Shown here piece after piece: positions 59,847 through 64,000 of a stretch of DNA of 64,000 nucleotides (position 1 is its first letter; each line of letters starts with the position of its first letter). The notes under the pieces are model-generated. The model had not been told where the DNA came from. It saw nothing but the letters and a program-made list of their open reading frames with translations, and did no database searches. A program made the position numbers and the translations under genes. The stretch is from Bispira polyomma (lineage: Eukaryota): contig OZ287751.1 in assembly GCA_965649765.1 (NCBI GenBank), positions 57,040,001 to 57,104,000 on the forward strand, in the 5' to 3' direction.

Positions 59847-62800
59847 CTAGGGTACAGTAAGTTCCACAGACTCATGGTTAACACCATTGTTGTTGTCTAC
59901 TTTCCTCTTGACTGGGGCTCTGGGTGGGGGGTGAGATGGAGGTTCACTTGTCACCACCTGTGGAGTACTAGCTTCACTAGTCTTCTTCTTCATTGGTGTA
60001 GGACGCCATTCCTCCTTCTTTGTGGCAGCCTGTGTGAAAAGTAAGACGTTTTGAGAATTATAAACACACATAACTCTTTACATTGTGGACTAGCAGGTAA
60101 CACACTTGCTTATAACCTGGGTTTGATCCCAGTATAGTGCGACCAGGTACAGACAGATACAGGCTCAAAAGACCACTTAAAATGGTGGTCCTCTGTTATT
60201 AGGTCCTATCCTAAGTGGTAGGTTAAGGATCTCTGCAGACATTGATATCCCTAAATTTCTGTCTGTTAGGGGAATGATAATTAGTTGATACTGGTTGGCT
60301 GTTGGTAGTCGATGAAAGGTTAATTAAGTGCATTGAATACCAGATAAATGTACTAAATACGCTGTATACATTTGAATAAAAAAAAATACAATATGTAATT
60401 CTGTACACTCTGCTAGTCCATTTTCTCTATGTACAGAGAATCATCAGAAACAGATTTTGGTGTGCATTACAGCAGTACATGTACCTCCTTCACACCCGTC
60501 ACTTGGTAGAGTGAGAATTGTTTCAATAATAGACAGTTAATAAAACAGAAGTTAAAATGTAGTATACAACTACAGGACAGTTTGAGGTTGGAGATATAAC
60601 AATTGGTTCATAAAATTAAATATTCCAAATAAAAATAGAGGTTCTACCTAATCTCACTATAATATCAAACCCCATGCATAAACAGGTATGGACTGTCATT
60701 ATAGGTATACACATATATACTCCTGACGCCACCTTTCGAAGACAAATATAAATTTGGGAAATTTTCATGTCATTAGAAATGTTAATAATTTAAATTAGAT
60801 ACTAACATCATTGTTACCAATGTACGAAAATTTAAGGATGATGAAGGTACATTTAATGCAATTAAAAATAGCTTCTCCTTATTTAAAAATACATGCAAGT
60901 TAAAAAGCTTAATTTTCAATGTACAACACCTTCTTCCAAATTTGTTCATTTACTAGAACGGAAAGCCACTTAGAATTATAAGTGAAAGACGCATGTCCAA
61001 CTTACCACTAGATAGATAATAGCCGCAATGATCTGACACATAGCTCCCATCAGTGTAGGAAGTAGAAAGCAACTAGGTATACTTGCTCTAAAATAGGTAA
61101 TAAAAGTATCAAATACACTGATGTTACCTTACAAAGAGACTTTATTCACCTTTTTTATCATTCTAAATATTTTTTTATAATGTTATTACTTTATTGATCT
61201 TCTTTTGTCATTCTAAATTATATAACCTCAGCCAAGGAGGTTATGTTTTGCCTCGTTTCTTAGTCTGTTTTTCAATGGGAATACACAAACAGCACTAAAC
61301 AATTTCCATTAAATTTAGTGGAGGTTTAGACCTTAAGGCAAATGGAAAATGGATTAACTTTTGGGGAAAGTTTTAGTAATCTTTATTGCAAACAACGGAC
61401 TTCAATTGAAAAAGTGAAAGATTTTGTACTTGTAAATTTTTTTGTAATTTTTATAACTTCTTGCATATACAAAACGTATACAATATGTGTGTATGTATGC
61501 ATTATTTGTTTACTTAAAGGCACTGTGGTGAATTAGCGACAGTATGAGCTCTACTAAATAGTAAATACCATCCTAGCTTCATTATACGCTCATCACAATA
61601 TTAATCGATAACACACTGATCTTCTAACAAACAAATTTACTGTAAGTTACAGTGTTATTGTAAATTACATAATTTACTTCACTAAAACTGTACAAAAGGT
61701 GGAACACAAATCAGACATAGTCATTCTTTGTCACTGGACCAAGCACTGGTAAATTAGCGACAGTATGGGCTATAGTCAATACCCTTTGAGCTTTATTACA
61801 GGCTCATCACAATGATAAATGATAACACACTGATATGTTAACAAACAAAGTTACTGTTAGTTGTACTTACAAAAGGTGGAACACAAATCGGACATAGTAA
61901 TTCTTTGTCACTGGGCCAAGCTTGTCATGAATTGGAACCAGGTAGCACTGGAATCTTTAAAGTTTGAAAAAACATTGTATAAACATGATATAATCAACAC
62001 ATATGTAAGTTTTACTTCACAAACAATAAACACCTATTTGTCAGCTGAAATGTACAGATACAGTTTTTAATAGTGTGTCATTCAATTTTATATGAAGATT
62101 TAAAATGACATCTTAGAAAATGTATGTGTAAACAAAGACGGTATGTTCCTATCACAGTCTCAACTAAACTGAAATATGATTCAAATCTATCCAGTTCTTT
62201 ACTTCATATTTAAATGTATCTTTGCCACCAAATAGGGGAATAGTTACAAAGGCTTATGCAACAGATCAATATACATATATAATTTTTTGAAAGTAAAATA
62301 ATAGCCTGTCTCAGCTGGCAGGACAACCAGCATGCGAAAAGGACCAATAATGAACAAGGAAATGTCAAGTGGTGTGGGGGAGTGTTTATGCACTATATCT
62401 CATGTGGGTATGCTACTCACTGCTACTGATGACAAATTCACAGGGCTAAAATTTTCAGAAATTAATCGATCATTACTTATCAAGTAGTAAAATCTTTTCC
62501 AGTTTTTAAATGACCCAAGACTAAGTGCATGTGGCTATATATAAATTTTATCTAATGTATATCAGATATATGATGTCAAAAATATTTTGTCTACTGCATT
62601 TATCAGATTTGATTTTATTGAAAATTCAAGAATTATTATATGCATGTTCACAATAAATTAATTTAATAAATAATATTTTTGCACTCACAGAAAATACATA
62701 GAGTACAACCTTAACTACTAAAACATTTTAGGATATAATTATTTAGTAATATAAGGTTCATCAACCAGAAAATGTGAAAATTAGGATATAAAATTTGCAT

Positions 62801-64000
62801 GTTTTGGATAATAAAATTCTCGATAATTTAGCTTCTATTCTATTGTAAAAAATAGGAAAGCAGTTACCTCCTTTCTATGGTGTTTCCTTTTATTCTCTTA
62901 CTTCTTGGCCATTCCAACCAAAACATTATAATTGATACCACTTTGTAATGCTTTAAAGAAAAACAGTGCAAAAAGGGAAATATAAATCTGCAATTCTCGC
63001 CCACAGAGCAAAATGGTTAAAAAGTTGTAGGACATCAGTTTGGTTTGGTTAATCTGGATTTTTGTATAAACGGAGGTCGGATAAACAGAATTCTTCTGTA
63101 CTTTATTTAAACATTTATCACAGTTTTACCTGCTCATTAAAAGGCAATTTGACTTCAAAACAAATTATGTGAATAAAGTGAAGTTAAATCCAATAATGGC
63201 AGGTCTTCAAAGCTGGTACACACACATTACACTACTTGTTTGCACCATTTTGAACATAACTTCAAGTGCTTTTAGGTTACATGATTTCATGTTAAGTTAA
63301 TACGTTAGTTCGGTCCATAATACCGAACGAAGTACAGTATCATCTCAATTATCCAACACACTAGGAGAGCAATATTAATTTGGATAATTGAAGGTTCATA
63401 GAAGAAATGAGATATTTTAGTATAAATTAATCGGGCAAAAATGAGGTAAATGCCAATTTGTTTGTAAATTCAAAAATTTGGACAATATCTTTAAACAATA
63501 TATCCCATCTGGCAAGTAGTTTCTCTAATATACATGGGTAAAATGATGTACAGGGTCATGGTCATAATGCTGAAGTTATTGTTCAAACTCAGGTCAGACA
63601 ATAGAACTAAATATATACTGATCCTTATTACTTCTGTGTTGTCAGAGGCAATGGATATAAACATGCAAACATGTAAAAACTTTGTGACTGAGTTATATAT
63701 TGATCACAATATGTTTGAACAACCATAATACTAAACTTATTAAGTTTTAAATTTAAAAAGATCTTTGCCAACTGCTTTTTGTGACGTGAAGTTGCACAAC
63801 TACACAAGTGCTGTGATTATGATTTGTACCAAATGTGAAATTACTGACAATTTGTGCCTAAATTATAGCCTGGGCAAAGTTATTACAGGTGTGGCTCACT
63901 TAGCCCTAATAATCTTGCAGTTTGAATTTCCAAAGGATACAGCGCAGCAGCAGCACACTCCCAGTACTTGAACTGCCCAGCAACTCCAATAATAGCCCCA
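59847..64000 (-). CDS. 3' end of an unidentified membrane-protein gene (exons 63900->64000 partial, 61006-61087, 59847-60029)
   Basis: Phase-consistent join (2, then 0) gives ..WGYYWSCWAVQVLGVCCCCAVSFGNSNCKIIRAKASIPSCFLLPTLMGAMCQIIAAIIYLVAATKKEEWRP..ELTVP*; strong splice sites; candidate AATAAA at 57225-57230. Confidence 0.7.
61224..61578 (+). mobile_element. Helentron-associated (HINE/DINE-like) non-autonomous element
   Basis: 5' ACCTCAGCCAAGGAGGTTATGTTTT and 3' ...GTATGAGCTCTACT...CCATCCTAG, the usual HINE-type ends (recognised from memory). Confidence 0.55.
61518..61921. repeat. About 200-bp tandem duplication
   Basis: AATTAGCGACAGTATG...ACAAAAGGTGGAACACAAATC.GACATAGT.ATTCTTTGTCACTGG occurs twice. 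Confidence 0.85.

Overview
AT-rich, intron-containing animal (invertebrate-like) genomic DNA; no prokaryotic features. (1) 1-17.6 kb: a head-to-tail array of about four duplicated units of an MFSD4/NaGLT1-like MFS transporter gene. Every copy is disrupted. The best copy has ATG>ATA and one in-frame TGA in a TGA-CTAG readthrough context. The array is interleaved with L2-type LINE fragments, tRNA-derived SINEs and (TA)n-flanked foldback elements. (2) 19.4-53 kb, minus strand: a complete ACIN1/Acinus orthologue that I assembled by hand as 20 phase-consistent GT-AG coding exons (4089 nt, 1362 aa; SAP domain, long K/D/E/R repeat exon, RRM, RSB motif, RS tail). Intron 7 holds a full-length but frameshifted DIRS1-type tyrosine-recombinase retrotransposon (ITRs, ICR, gag, RT/RH/MT, YR). 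Intron 1 is a nest of inverted-repeat elements. Four exon junctions in the 3' half of the gene have been locally duplicated into the adjacent introns. These include an 8-copy array of the terminal 3' splice site and a duplicate 5' splice site that would introduce a premature stop. (3) 57-64 kb: last three coding exons of an unidentified membrane-protein gene on the minus strand. All calls come from reading the sequence; no database searches were run.
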